Source of the DNA: Planctomycetota bacterium
GTDB taxonomy: Bacteria; Planctomycetota; Planctomycetia; Pirellulales; S012-138
DNA length: 54,447 nt
Assembly (NCBI GenBank): GCA_024279285.1
Contig: JAJRRR010000004.1
Coordinates: 1-54,447 of the forward strand
Direction of reading: 5' to 3'
Both the position numbers and the translations under genes were made by a program. Positions 1 through 9,163 of this stretch are shown here, in pieces; within the stretch, counting starts at the first letter, position 1, and the number at the start of each line of letters is the position of its first letter. The notes under the pieces were generated by a model, which did no database searches, was not told the DNA's origin, and was given only the letters and a program-made list of their open reading frames with translations.

Positions 1-718
1 ACCGGTTGGCCACATAGTTGATCAAGGCTTCGTCAAAATCGTCTCCGCCCAGGTGGGTATCCCCACTGGTGGCGATGACCCGAAACACCCCTTCGGCCAC
101 TTCCAGGATAGAAACATCAAAGGTTCCTCCGCCCAGGTCAAACACGACGATTTTTTCTTCTTTCTTTTTGTCCAGGCCGTAGGCCATCGCGGCGGCGGTG
201 GGCTCGTTGATGATGCGCATCACTTCCAGTCCGGCGATCTGCCCGGCATCTTTGGTGGCCTGGCGCTGGGAATCGTTGAAGTAGGCCGGCACGGTGATCA
301 CCGCCTTGTTGACCCGATGACCCAAGTAGGCTTCGGCAGCTTCTTTGAGCTTGCGCAGCACATAGGCGGAGATTTGGGGCGGGGTGTAGTCTTTGCCACG
401 CACGCGGATTTTGACGAACTCATCCGGCCCCCCAACCACCTCGTAGGGCACCATCTTCTTTTCGGTTTCCACCTCCGAGCCGCGGCGGCCCATGAAGCGC
501 TTCACCGAGTAAATCGTGCTCTCCGGGTGCAGGACGGCCTGGCGCTTGGCTGGCTCACCCACCAATACCTCGCCTTTTTCTGTGAAGGCCACCACCGAGG
601 GAGTGATACGGTTTCCCTCCTGGTTGGGGATCACTTTCGGCTCCCCACCTTCCATGACGGCCACCACGGAGTTGGTCGTGCCCAGGTCAATGCCGATGAT
701 TTTTTCGCCTTGAGCCAT
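1..718 (-). CDS. dnaK: Molecular chaperone DnaK (Hsp70), N-terminal ~239 codons; the 3' part runs off the window
   Basis: Reverse-strand translation from ATG (718..716) reads [35 protein letters not shown]...[19 protein letters not shown]...[15 protein letters not shown]...[11 protein letters not shown], the canonical Hsp70 ATPase motifs. It is absent from the ORF track because there is no stop inside the window. Confidence 0.95.
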   Translation of the reverse strand, partial: MAQGEKIIGIDLGTTNSVVAVMEGGEPKVIPNQEGNRITPSVVAFTEKGEVLVGEPAKRQAVLHPESTIYSVKRFMGRRGSEVETEKKMVPYEVVGGPDEFVKIRVRGKDYTPPQISAYVLRKLKEAAEAYLGHRVNKAVITVPAYFNDSQRQATKDAGQIAGLEVMRIINEPTAAAMAYGLDKKKEEKIVVFDLGGGTFDVSILEVAEGVFRVIATSGDTHLGGDDFDEALINYVANR

Positions 719-1024
719 GTCCTTGCTCCTTTTGTTGCAACAGGTTCAGACAAATTTCGGTTCCAACTTGTCCTTGGAGGGGAAGGGAATCGCTCGGGAA
801 GGCAGGACACAAGATCACGAGTCGCCGATGGAAGCTGCAAACTGCATGCCAATGAGTGAAATGAAGGATATTGTTATAAGTGACTATAATAAAACACCTT
901 ACGAAAAATGCGCTCGGATGCTTCCGAGAAATGGCGACTGCCAATTTGGCAGGTGATTTGTCCAGGCAGTGATCAGTGGGGGTTGCGGCAGGGGAGAAGG
1001 AAGGGGTTATGAGGGGCAAATTGC

Positions 1025-1053
1025 TTGACAGTGCATCCCCGGAGCACTACAAG
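1025..1053 (+). promoter_or_regulatory. Candidate sigma70-like promoter upstream of pheA (TTGACA-17 nt-TACAAG)
   Basis: TTGACA at 1025-1030, a 17-nt spacer, then TACAAG at 1048-1053, about 68 nt upstream of the pheA ATG at 1121. Pattern match only; planctomycete promoter consensus is poorly defined. Confidence 0.25.
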
Positions 1054-1120
1054 AGTCGCAGCAGAACTCCGCCCCCGGCGGACACTTGCACGCACAGCCG
1101 CTTGTCCAAAGGACTCCGGC

Positions 1121-2215
1121 ATGGCCAAGGCCCGAAAATCCGCCCGATCCCCCAAACAGCTCCGCCGCCAAGTGGAGAAGCTCAGCCGGGAAATCCTCAA
1201 ACTGGCCAACGAGCGAACCCGGCTCCTCCAGCAAATTGATCAGGCGTTGGTGGAGCAAGGTGAGAGTCCCGGACCGCGATCTGAGGACGAGCAAGAGCTG
1301 GCTCAGCTCATCCAGGCCAACAAAGGCCCTTTGAGCGAACACGCCTTGCGGGTGGTGTTTCAGGAGCTCAACAGTGCCGCCCATGCCCTGACGCATCGCA
1401 CCCGGGTGGCCTATCTGGGTCCGGAGTATACCTACAGCCATCTGGCCGCCCTGGAGCGCTTCGGCACTTCAGCCGAACTGGTTCCGGTGGGCGGCATTGC
1501 GGCGGTGTTTGAGGAGGTGCATCGGGGGCAGTCGGACTATGGGATCGTCCCTCTGGAAAACTCCACCGACGGCCGCGTGGCCGACACGCTGGAGATGTTC
1601 ACCCGCGTGCCGGTCAAAATCTGTGGCGAGGTGCAGTTGCACATTCACCACTGCTTGCTGGCCAATTGCCAGCGGTGGGAAATCAGTGAAGTTTACAGCA
1701 AGCCGCAGGCCCTTTCCCAATGCCGCAATTGGCTTTCGCGTCATTTGGGCACCGCCCGGTTGATCGAAGTGACCAGCACGGCCGCAGCCGCCCAACTGGC
1801 GGCTCAAAAACCCGGTGCTGCGGCCATTGCCAGTCGTCGTGCGGCGGTGCAGCATGGGCTGAACATCGTTGCTGAAAACATTGAAGACAATCCCAACAAC
1901 ATCACCCGATTTGCCATCATCGGCCACCACTCCGCTCCCCGAACCGGAAAAGACAAAGTGGCTCTGATGTTCCAGATCGACCATCGCGTCGGCGCGCTGG
2001 CCGACACGCTGATGGTCTTCAAACGCAATCGGCTCAACATGACCTGGATTGAGTCGTTTCCTATCCCCGACGCCCCCGGCACTTATCTATTCTTTGTGGA
2101 GCTGGAAGGGCACGAGTCGGACCTGAAAGTGCGCCGGGCTCTCGGTGCTCTGGAGAAAAAGACGCTGCGGTTGGAAGTGCTGGGATCTTATCCGCAGACC
2201 GAGCCAGTGGAATAA
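1121..2215 (+). CDS. pheA: Bifunctional chorismate mutase / prephenate dehydratase (P-protein) with C-terminal ACT domain
   Basis: ORF 1025..2215. The N-terminal helical CM-like segment (QLRRQVEKLSREILKLANERTRLLQQI) is followed by PDT motifs (VAYLGPEYTYSHLAA, GIVPLENSTDGRV, NITRFAIIG) and an ACT-like tail (ESFPIPDAPGTYLFFVELEGH). The track start at 1025 is TTG; I prefer ATG 1121 (MAKARK). Confidence 0.9.
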   Translation: MAKARKSARSPKQLRRQVEKLSREILKLANERTRLLQQIDQALVEQGESPGPRSEDEQELAQLIQANKGPLSEHALRVVFQELNSAAHALTHRTRVAYLGPEYTYSHLAALERFGTSAELVPVGGIAAVFEEVHRGQSDYGIVPLENSTDGRVADTLEMFTRVPVKICGEVQLHIHHCLLANCQRWEISEVYSKPQALSQCRNWLSRHLGTARLIEVTSTAAAAQLAAQKPGAAAIASRRAAVQHGLNIVAENIEDNPNNITRFAIIGHHSAPRTGKDKVALMFQIDHRVGALADTLMVFKRNRLNMTWIESFPIPDAPGTYLFFVELEGHESDLKVRRALGALEKKTLRLEVLGSYPQTEPVE

Positions 2216-2326
2216 ACCGACCAGGAGGGAGGCAATTTCGGCTGCCCACTGGCAAGTCCCCGACCAAGGGTTAGAATACCCTCTGTGCCTTGGCCCAACC
2301 CCTGCTCTTTCAAAACCCGCTGGTTT

Positions 2327-3442
2327 ATGAGTTCCTTGTTGCACACCCCTTTGCACCCGTGGCATGTGTCCCAAGGGGCCCAAATGGTCCCCTTTGCCGG
2401 TTGGCACATGCCCCTGCGCTATACTTCCATCGTGGAAGAGCACCAAGCGGTCCGAACCGCCGTGGGAATGTTTGACATTTCCCACATGGGACGATTGCGA
2501 TTGGACGGGCCGGGAGTGGATCGAGCTCTGGATCGCTTGGTGACTCGCCGGGTGGTGGACATGCGTTTGGGCCAGGTGCGCTACAGCCTCGTCTGCGACG
2601 AAGATGGCCATCTGCTAGATGACATCCTCATCTATCGGCTCATGGATGCAGGAGGGCACGAGTACTTCCTGGTAGTGGCCAACGCGGCCAATCGCCAAAA
2701 GGTTTATCAGCACTTTCAACAACATCTGGACGAAGACATCTCGCTGATGGACCTGACTCAGCAGTGGGCCATGATCGCGGTGCAGGGGCCTCGGGCCCTG
2801 GAAGCCGTGGAACCTATGGTGGAGTTTCCAGTAAAAGAGCTTCGCTACTATCGTGCGGTGGAGACTGCGGTTTTAGGCCGGGGAGCCCTGGTGAGCCGAA
2901 CCGGCTACACCGGCGAAGACGGCGTGGAAATCCTTGTCGGCGCCGGAGCTGCCTCGGAAGTGTGGCAAGCCCTCTGGCAAAAAGTGACCGCCTTAGGCGG
3001 CAAAGCAGCCGGACTGGGAGCCCGAGACACCCTCCGGCTGGAAGCCGGCATGCCTCTTTTTGGACACGAGCTAACGGCCAACACCCATCCGTTCCAAGCG
3101 GGGCTGAGATTTGCAGTCAATCTGGATCGTCCGTTCCTGGGAAGCGATGCTTTGAAAGAGGCTGCCGTGGATTCTCTGGCACGGCTGGTCGGTCTGGAGC
3201 TTCGCACGCGGCGTGTCGCCCGACAGGGCTACTCTATCTTGCACCAAGGCCAAGTGGTGGGCCAGGTCACCAGTGGCACATTCTCTCCGACCTTGCAAAA
3301 ATCAATTGCCATGGGCTATGTGCAGCCTGCTTTGGCCCAAGTGGGAACCGAGCTGGAAGTGGACCTCCGTGGTCGGCCCGAACCGGCCACCGTGGTCCCT
3401 TTGCCCTTTTACCATCGCCGCAAGAAAGGGTCTTCGCCGTGA
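2327..3442 (+). CDS. gcvT: Glycine cleavage system aminomethyltransferase (T protein)
   Basis: MSSLLHTPLHPWHVSQGAQMVPFAGWHMPLRYTSIVEEHQAVRTAVGMFDISHMGRL... is a typical GcvT N-terminus. Start taken at the internal ATG of ORF 2285..3442. Confidence 0.93.
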   Translation: MSSLLHTPLHPWHVSQGAQMVPFAGWHMPLRYTSIVEEHQAVRTAVGMFDISHMGRLRLDGPGVDRALDRLVTRRVVDMRLGQVRYSLVCDEDGHLLDDILIYRLMDAGGHEYFLVVANAANRQKVYQHFQQHLDEDISLMDLTQQWAMIAVQGPRALEAVEPMVEFPVKELRYYRAVETAVLGRGALVSRTGYTGEDGVEILVGAGAASEVWQALWQKVTALGGKAAGLGARDTLRLEAGMPLFGHELTANTHPFQAGLRFAVNLDRPFLGSDALKEAAVDSLARLVGLELRTRRVARQGYSILHQGQVVGQVTSGTFSPTLQKSIAMGYVQPALAQVGTELEVDLRGRPEPATVVPLPFYHRRKKGSSP

Positions 3443-3834
3443 ATCCCGAACAACTCCGCTTTACCGACACGCACGAATGGGTCCATCTGGAGACCACTCC
3501 CGAGGGCCAAACCCTGGCCACGGTGGGCCTGACCGACTTTGCCATCGAGCAGCTCAACGATCTGGTTTATATCCAGTTGCCTGAGGTGGGTCAGCAAGTG
3601 CGCCGAGGCGAAGCCTTTGGGGAGGTGGAGTCGGTCAAGGCCGTCAGCGATCTCTATAGCCCCCTGGACGGTGAAGTGGAAGAGGTGAACACATCGTTGA
3701 CCCAGGATTTGGACCCCTTGAGTCAGGATCCCTTCGGAGCCGGATGGCTCATCAAAGTCCGGCCTTCCAACCCGGCTCAGGTGGAGGAGCTGATGGACTA
3801 TCAAGCCTATCGCAAAATGTGCCAAGAGGGCTGA
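3439..3834 (+). CDS. gcvH: Glycine cleavage system H protein (lipoyl carrier)
   Basis: GTG start overlaps the gcvT stop (GTGA at 3439-3442). The sequence ...GEAFGEVESVKAVSDLYSPLDGEV contains the lipoyl-lysine motif ESVK. The long N-terminal extension of ORF 2764..3834 is an out-of-frame overlap with gcvT. Confidence 0.93.
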   Translation: MNPEQLRFTDTHEWVHLETTPEGQTLATVGLTDFAIEQLNDLVYIQLPEVGQQVRRGEAFGEVESVKAVSDLYSPLDGEVEEVNTSLTQDLDPLSQDPFGAGWLIKVRPSNPAQVEELMDYQAYRKMCQEG

Positions 3835-3861
3835 ACGCGTTTTCCCACACAGCAAGCAGCG

Positions 3862-5208
3862 ATGGCCTACTTTCCCAACACCCCTGAGGATCGCCGGGCG
3901 ATGCTTCAGGCCATCGGCCTGGAGAGCGTGGAGGAGTTGTTCGCCCAGGTGCCCGAGGATCTTAAGCTCCGCAAGCCGTTGGATCTGCCTCCGGCCATGA
4001 GCGAGCTGGAGCTGGAGGATCACATGAACCGGTTGGCCCAGGCCAATGAAGCGATGGACCGTTGGGTGTGTTTCCTGGGCGCAGGAAGCTACGACCACTT
4101 TGTGCCGGCCGTGGTGGATTACATCGCTTCCCGAGGCGAGTTCTACACCTCTTACACCCCCTACCAGCCCGAAGTAAGCCAAGGCAACCTTCAGGCTTTC
4201 TTCGAATACCAAACGATGATTACCCAGTTGACCGGCATGGATGTCTCCAACGCCAGCTTGTACGACGGGGGTTCGGCCACGGCCGAAGCGGTGCTGATGA
4301 GCTTCTCCGGGACGGGGCGTTCCGGGGCCGTGGTCCTAAGCCAAGCGGTGCACCCGGAGTATCGCAACATCATCCGCACTTATCTGGAAAACCTGGACAC
4401 CCAGATTCGCACGGTGCCTTGTCCTCAAGGCACCACCGCCCCAGAGGAGTTGGCCCGGCTTCTGGACGACCAGTGCTCGTGTGTGGTGGTGCAGCATCCC
4501 AACTTCTGGGGACAGTTGGAGCCGGTGGAACAGTTGGCCCAAGTGGCCCATGAGCACGGCGCACTGTTTATCGTAGTGGTGGACTTGGTGAGCTTGGGAT
4601 TGCTGAAACGACCAAGTCAGTACGGTGCCGACATCGTGGTGGCCGAAGGGCAGTGCTTGGGCTCGCCGATGAGTTTTGGAGGGCCTTACCTGGGGGTGAT
4701 GGCCTGCCGGGAGGAGTTTTTGCGTCGGTTGCCGGGACGGATAGCGGGCCAGACGGTGGATCGCCGAGGACGACGCTGTTGGGTGCTGACCCTTCAGACC
4801 CGGGAACAACACATCCGACGCCAAAAGGCCACCAGCAACATCTGCACCAATCAGGGTTTGCTGGCCATTCGGGCAGCAGTGCATTTAGCCTTGCTGGGGC
4901 CGCAGGGACTTCGGGAACAAGCTCAGCTTTGTCTGTGGAAAGCCCATTTTGCCGCCCAACAGATCACCGCCCTGGAGCGGTTTGAACTGGCTTTTCCCGG
5001 TCCGTTTTTCAAAGAGTTCCTCGTGCGAGATCGCCAAGGGCGCGTGGCAGATGTGCTCCATTGGGCCTGGAAGCAGGGGATTGCGGCCGGAGTGCCCTTG
5101 GGCCGCTGGTTTCCCCAGTTGCAAGATTGCTTCCTGGTGGCCGTGACCGAAAAACGCACTGCCGAGCAAATCCGCCGCCTGGCCCAAGTGTTGGCTCAAG
5201 CTCCTTGA
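3862..5208 (+). CDS. gcvPA: Glycine dehydrogenase (decarboxylating) subunit 1
   Basis: MAYFPNTPEDRRAMLQAIGLESVEELF...TSYTPYQPEVSQGNLQAFFEYQTMI is a typical P-protein alpha subunit. ATG at 3862. Confidence 0.93.
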   Translation: MAYFPNTPEDRRAMLQAIGLESVEELFAQVPEDLKLRKPLDLPPAMSELELEDHMNRLAQANEAMDRWVCFLGAGSYDHFVPAVVDYIASRGEFYTSYTPYQPEVSQGNLQAFFEYQTMITQLTGMDVSNASLYDGGSATAEAVLMSFSGTGRSGAVVLSQAVHPEYRNIIRTYLENLDTQIRTVPCPQGTTAPEELARLLDDQCSCVVVQHPNFWGQLEPVEQLAQVAHEHGALFIVVVDLVSLGLLKRPSQYGADIVVAEGQCLGSPMSFGGPYLGVMACREEFLRRLPGRIAGQTVDRRGRRCWVLTLQTREQHIRRQKATSNICTNQGLLAIRAAVHLALLGPQGLREQAQLCLWKAHFAAQQITALERFELAFPGPFFKEFLVRDRQGRVADVLHWAWKQGIAAGVPLGRWFPQLQDCFLVAVTEKRTAEQIRRLAQVLAQAP

Positions 5209-5326
5209 GAGCAGAGGCCGAAACTGCTCCTTCCGGCTCTCCGACCCTGGGGAGTTCCGGCTGCCGAATTGGGCCGGTGAGGACTGTGTCGGACAAGGAA
5301 ATCCTTTGGGAGCAAAGAGACCGAAG

Positions 5327-6805
5327 ATGCGAAACAGCCGAGCCACACGGTTGTTGTTTGAGTTGTCCAAGCCGGGGCTGCGAGCCGTGCGGTTCCCGGA
5401 GCCGGATGTGCCGACTCCTCCTCCGCAGGAGCTTTTGCCTTCCGAGCAGCTTGCCGCGGACCCGCCTCCCCTGCCAGAGCTTTCCGAACCGGATGTAGTG
5501 CGCCACTTCGTCAACCTCTCCACGATGAACATGGCGGTGGACACGCACACTTATCCGCTGGGCTCTTGTACGATGAAGTACAATCCCAAGCGGAATGACC
5601 GTTGGGCCGGCTTGCCCGGGTTCGCTCAGTTGCACCCTTATCAGCCAGAGCAATCGGTGCAGGGTCTGTTGCAATTGCTCTACGAGTTGCAACAATACCT
5701 GGCTCAAATCAGCGGCCTGGATGCCGTTTCGCTCCAACCGGCGGCAGGGGCCCAAGGAGAGTTGGCGGCACTGTTGATTGCGGCGGCTTACTTTCGGCAG
5801 CGGAAGGCGGAGCTTGGCCCTCGCACTAGAGTGCTCATTCCCGACTCGGCCCACGGCACCAACCCCGCCAGCGCCGCCATGGCCGGATTTGAAGCAGTCA
5901 CCATCCGCAGCAACTCCCAAGGTCTGGTGGACCTGGAAGACTTACAGCAAAAACTGGACCCCCAAGTGGCCGTGTTCATGATTACCAATCCCAACACCTT
6001 GGGACTTTTTGAAACCCAGATTGAGCGCATTGCCCAAATGGTCCACGACAAAGGGGGCTTGCTTTACTTGGACGGGGCCAACATGAACGCCATCTTGGGT
6101 GTGGTTCGCCCTGGGGATTTTGGGGCTGACATGATGCACTTCAACCCGCACAAAACTTTCAGTGGCCCTCATGGGGCCGGTGGGCCTGGAGCCGGACCCA
6201 TCGCCGTCAAAAAACACCTGGACCCCTACTTGCCGGTTCCTGTGGTGGTTCGGGACGAGGAAGGCCGCTTCCGCCTGGATTATGATCGGCCTCACAGCAT
6301 CGGCCAGGTGCGGAGCTTTTTTGGCAATGTGGGTGTGTTGATTCGGGCTTATGCGTACATTCGCACCTTGGGTCCTCAGGGACTGCGCCAGGTGGCCGAA
6401 GATGCAGTGCTGAATGCCAACTATCTGCTTTCGCTGGTGAAGCCCTTTTTGCCGGTGCCCTTTGGCTCCCGGTGCATGCACGAGTTTGTGGCCACCGCCC
6501 AGGAACTGCGTCGCCAACGGGGGATTACGGCCATGGACCTGGCCAAACGTCTTTTGGATTTCGGATTCCACGCTCCCACGGTCTATTTTCCTATCACGGT
6601 GCGCGAAGCCTTGATGATTGAGCCCACCGAAACCGAAAGCAAACAATCCCTGGACGCCATGGCCCAGGCGCTGTTTCGCATCACGGAGGAGAGTCCGGAG
6701 CTGTTGCGTCAGGCGCCACACAGCACCTGGATCAGCCGCCCCGACGAAGTGCAAGCGGCTCGTCGCCCGATGCTCAAGTGGACTCCCCAGGAGGACCGTT
6801 CGTGA
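5327..6805 (+). CDS. gcvPB: Glycine dehydrogenase (decarboxylating) subunit 2 (PLP-binding)
   Basis: LLFELSKPG...LGSCTMKYNPK...MHFNPHKTFSGPHGAGGPG contains the PLP-lysine region. The track start 5306 is TTG; the first ATG is 5327. Confidence 0.93.
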   Translation: MRNSRATRLLFELSKPGLRAVRFPEPDVPTPPPQELLPSEQLAADPPPLPELSEPDVVRHFVNLSTMNMAVDTHTYPLGSCTMKYNPKRNDRWAGLPGFAQLHPYQPEQSVQGLLQLLYELQQYLAQISGLDAVSLQPAAGAQGELAALLIAAAYFRQRKAELGPRTRVLIPDSAHGTNPASAAMAGFEAVTIRSNSQGLVDLEDLQQKLDPQVAVFMITNPNTLGLFETQIERIAQMVHDKGGLLYLDGANMNAILGVVRPGDFGADMMHFNPHKTFSGPHGAGGPGAGPIAVKKHLDPYLPVPVVVRDEEGRFRLDYDRPHSIGQVRSFFGNVGVLIRAYAYIRTLGPQGLRQVAEDAVLNANYLLSLVKPFLPVPFGSRCMHEFVATAQELRRQRGITAMDLAKRLLDFGFHAPTVYFPITVREALMIEPTETESKQSLDAMAQALFRITEESPELLRQAPHSTWISRPDEVQAARRPMLKWTPQEDRS

Positions 6806-7560
6806 GTCGGCCGTGGCGACTGATCCGGCATGGTCCCTCCGGGCCGGGGTGGAACATGGCTGTGGACGAAGCCTTGTTGCACCAGGCAGCCCAGGCCCAA
6901 CAGATCGTCCTGCGCGTCTATCAATGGTGCCGTCCGACGGTTTCGTTGGGATACTTTCAAAGTTCCCAGGGCTTGAAGGAGCACCCGCTGGTGCGGTCCG
7001 GCCAGGTGGCCGTGATCCGTCGGCCCAGTGGAGGTGGAGCCATCGTGCATCAGCACGAATGGACCTACGCCTTGGCCGTGCCGGGAACGCATCCGTTGGC
7101 CGCCGATCATGTGGAACTCTACTATCGCGTGCATCGGTGTTGGGCCCTGGTGTTGGCCGAGTTGGGCTTGAACCCTTCGGTGGTGGAGGAGGTGCCGCCA
7201 TCGCAAGGGGAGCCGTGGCTTTGTTTTCAGCGCCAGGGTCCGGCTGATGTGATCGTGCCGGGTTCTCACGGTCCGGTGAAGCTTCTGGGCAGTGCTCAGC
7301 GGCGGCGTCGTGGGGGGGTGCTTCAGCACGGGTCTATGATCCTGGATCGCCCCTGCTGGCCTGATCATCCCCCGGCTCTGACCCAACTGGTCCCCAGCCC
7401 CCTCGATCCCGAGGCTTTGCTGCAAAAGTGGCTAGAGTTTCTTCAACAAGAGTTTCAAATCACCCTCCAGCCCGATGGGTTGCAGCCCCAGGAAAAACAA
7501 CAAGCCCTGGTGCTTTATCACACCCGATACTTGAACCCGCAGTGGACTTGGCGGCGGTAG
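6802..7560 (+). CDS. Lipoate-protein ligase A family / BPL-LPL catalytic-domain protein (short form, ~252 aa)
   Basis: GTG start overlaps the gcvPB stop (GTGA at 6802-6805). Motifs: WRLIRHGPSGPGWNMAVDEALL, RPTVSLGYFQ, VIRRPSGGGAIVH, KLLGSAQRR. It is the last gene of the gcv operon. Confidence 0.8.
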   Translation: MSRPWRLIRHGPSGPGWNMAVDEALLHQAAQAQQIVLRVYQWCRPTVSLGYFQSSQGLKEHPLVRSGQVAVIRRPSGGGAIVHQHEWTYALAVPGTHPLAADHVELYYRVHRCWALVLAELGLNPSVVEEVPPSQGEPWLCFQRQGPADVIVPGSHGPVKLLGSAQRRRRGGVLQHGSMILDRPCWPDHPPALTQLVPSPLDPEALLQKWLEFLQQEFQITLQPDGLQPQEKQQALVLYHTRYLNPQWTWRR

Positions 7561-7828
7561 GGCCAAGCGAGTTTGCCAAAAACCCGATGTGGGATTTTCA
7601 GTTCAGGATTGCAAAGCGAAATAGCCTATAGGAGCTTTCGCTCCAGATGGAAAAAAGTGGCTCGGGGCCGGATTACAAGTCCCCTCTCTGGAGCCGTATT
7701 CTGGAAGTTTGATTTTCCGTCCAAAGAGCAGTATTTTGGCCACAGCAGCGGCAGATTGGGGGAGAATGGAAGCAGCCGACAGAGGATCGCAAGTACCTTT
7801 GCTCAGACTCCAAGCAGGAGGCCCGATC

Positions 7829-9163
7829 ATGGCCAAGCACCTGACGCGGCGAGGGTTTGTCAAAGGGCTGTGTGTGGCAGGTTCGGGGTTGTGGATGCCT
7901 TACTTCGTGCGCCCCCGGCGAGCCACCGCAGGAGCTCAGTCGGCCAATGACCGGCCAGGGGTGGGAGCGATTGGCTTGGGCTGGCGTGGGAACGACATCA
8001 CCGCTCAGGCCCGACGCTTCGGCGACATCGTAGCCCTGGCCGATGTGGACCGCAAGCACCTGGAAGCCGCTAACCAAAAACACGCCCAAGGAAAAGCCGC
8101 CCTCTATGACGATTATCGCCGCCTGCTGGAACGCAAGGATGTGGATGTGGTGTTGATCGCCACCCCCGACCACTGGCACACCAAAATCTGCGTGGATGCC
8201 CTTCGGGCAGGCAAGGATGTCTATTGCGAAAAACCACTCACCCTCACCATTGAAGAAGGGCAGATTCTCTGCCGGGTGGTGAAAGAAACTGGCCGAGTGT
8301 TCCAAGTGGGCACGCAGCAACGCAGTGAATACAACAACATGTTCCTCAAAGCCGTGGCCTTGGTCCAACAGGGGCGCATTGGCCGCGTGCGTCGCGTCAC
8401 TTGTGCCATTGGTGGGGCTCCCAAAGGAGGGCCTTTCAAAAAGCAAAAGCCCCCGGCTCATCTGAACTGGGAACGATGGTTGGGTCAGGCCCCGTTGGTG
8501 GACTACATCCCTCAGCGTTGCCACATTGAGTTCCGCTGGTGGTACGAATACTCCGGCGGCAAGATGACCGACTGGGGTGCCCATCATGTGGACATTGCTC
8601 AATGGGCCATTGGCCAGCACGAGAGTGGACCGCTGGAGATTCGGGTTTTGATGGCCGAGCACCCGGTGCCCTTGAAAAACGGCTACCCCTCCCGAGACGA
8701 TTCCTACAACACCGCCACGCGATTCCATGTGCGGTGCGTGTTTGCAAACTCCGTGGAACTGGACATCCGCGACTCGGCTCCCGAGCTAGGTTTTGGCAAC
8801 GGGATTTTGTTCCAGGGCGAGCGAGGGCGGTTCTTTGTCAACCGAGGTCGGCTCACCGGACGACCCGTGGAACAACTCCGCGAAGACCCCCTGCCCGAGC
8901 AGGTGCTGGTCAAGCTCCGCAAAGGGCGAGGACCGTGCTCGCACATGCAAAACTTCTTTGACTGCGTTCGGGATCGCGGAGTGCCCATCTCAGATGTCTG
9001 GTCGCACCATCGGGCACTGACTACTTGCCACCTGGCCAACATTGCCATTCGGCTGGGCCGCGATCTGCGGTGGGACCCCAAGGAGGAAAAAATCCTGGGC
9101 GACGAGGAAGCCCAGGCGTGGCTTAGTCGCCCTCAGCGCAAAGGCTATGAAATCCTGGGCTGA
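7829..9163 (+). CDS. Gfo/Idh/MocA-family oxidoreductase with twin-arginine (Tat) signal
   Basis: AGGAGG lies 8 nt upstream of ATG 7829. MAKHLTRRGFVKGLCVAGSG is a Tat motif. Rossmann segment VGAIGLGWRGN...DVVLIATPDHWH and the typical C-terminal dimerisation region are present. Confidence 0.85.
   Translation: MAKHLTRRGFVKGLCVAGSGLWMPYFVRPRRATAGAQSANDRPGVGAIGLGWRGNDITAQARRFGDIVALADVDRKHLEAANQKHAQGKAALYDDYRRLLERKDVDVVLIATPDHWHTKICVDALRAGKDVYCEKPLTLTIEEGQILCRVVKETGRVFQVGTQQRSEYNNMFLKAVALVQQGRIGRVRRVTCAIGGAPKGGPFKKQKPPAHLNWERWLGQAPLVDYIPQRCHIEFRWWYEYSGGKMTDWGAHHVDIAQWAIGQHESGPLEIRVLMAEHPVPLKNGYPSRDDSYNTATRFHVRCVFANSVELDIRDSAPELGFGNGILFQGERGRFFVNRGRLTGRPVEQLREDPLPEQVLVKLRKGRGPCSHMQNFFDCVRDRGVPISDVWSHHRALTTCHLANIAIRLGRDLRWDPKEEKILGDEEAQAWLSRPQRKGYEILG

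Noticed and set aside
719-1120. Heat-shock operator (CIRCE, HAIR) or sigma32 promoter upstream of dnaK
   Set aside because: There is no TTAGCACTC-N9-GAGTGCTAA or CTTGAGT-N7-ACTCAAG. I saw only an AT-rich island (about 860-905, containing TATAAT), a small inverted repeat CTCGGA-TGCT-TCCGAG (about 912-927) and AGTGC-N9-GCACT overlapping the putative pheA promoter. None matches a known operator.
2216-2326. Possible glycine riboswitch upstream of gcvT (ACCGACCAGGAGGGAGGCAA looked faintly like the ACCGAAGGGGCAA core)
   Set aside because: The GGAGAG / CACCGAAGGGGCAA / CUCUCAGGCAAAAGGAC elements and their helices are not present. Only a loose partial match was seen, and it needs cmsearch to be definitive.
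5942-7201. 419-aa minus-strand ORF and other antisense ORFs across the gcv operon (e.g. 3409..4212, 4885..5550, 5009..5920)
   Set aside because: They overlap the gcvPA, gcvPB and ligase coding frames, which carry canonical motifs. Their composition is Pro/Arg/Gly-rich junk.
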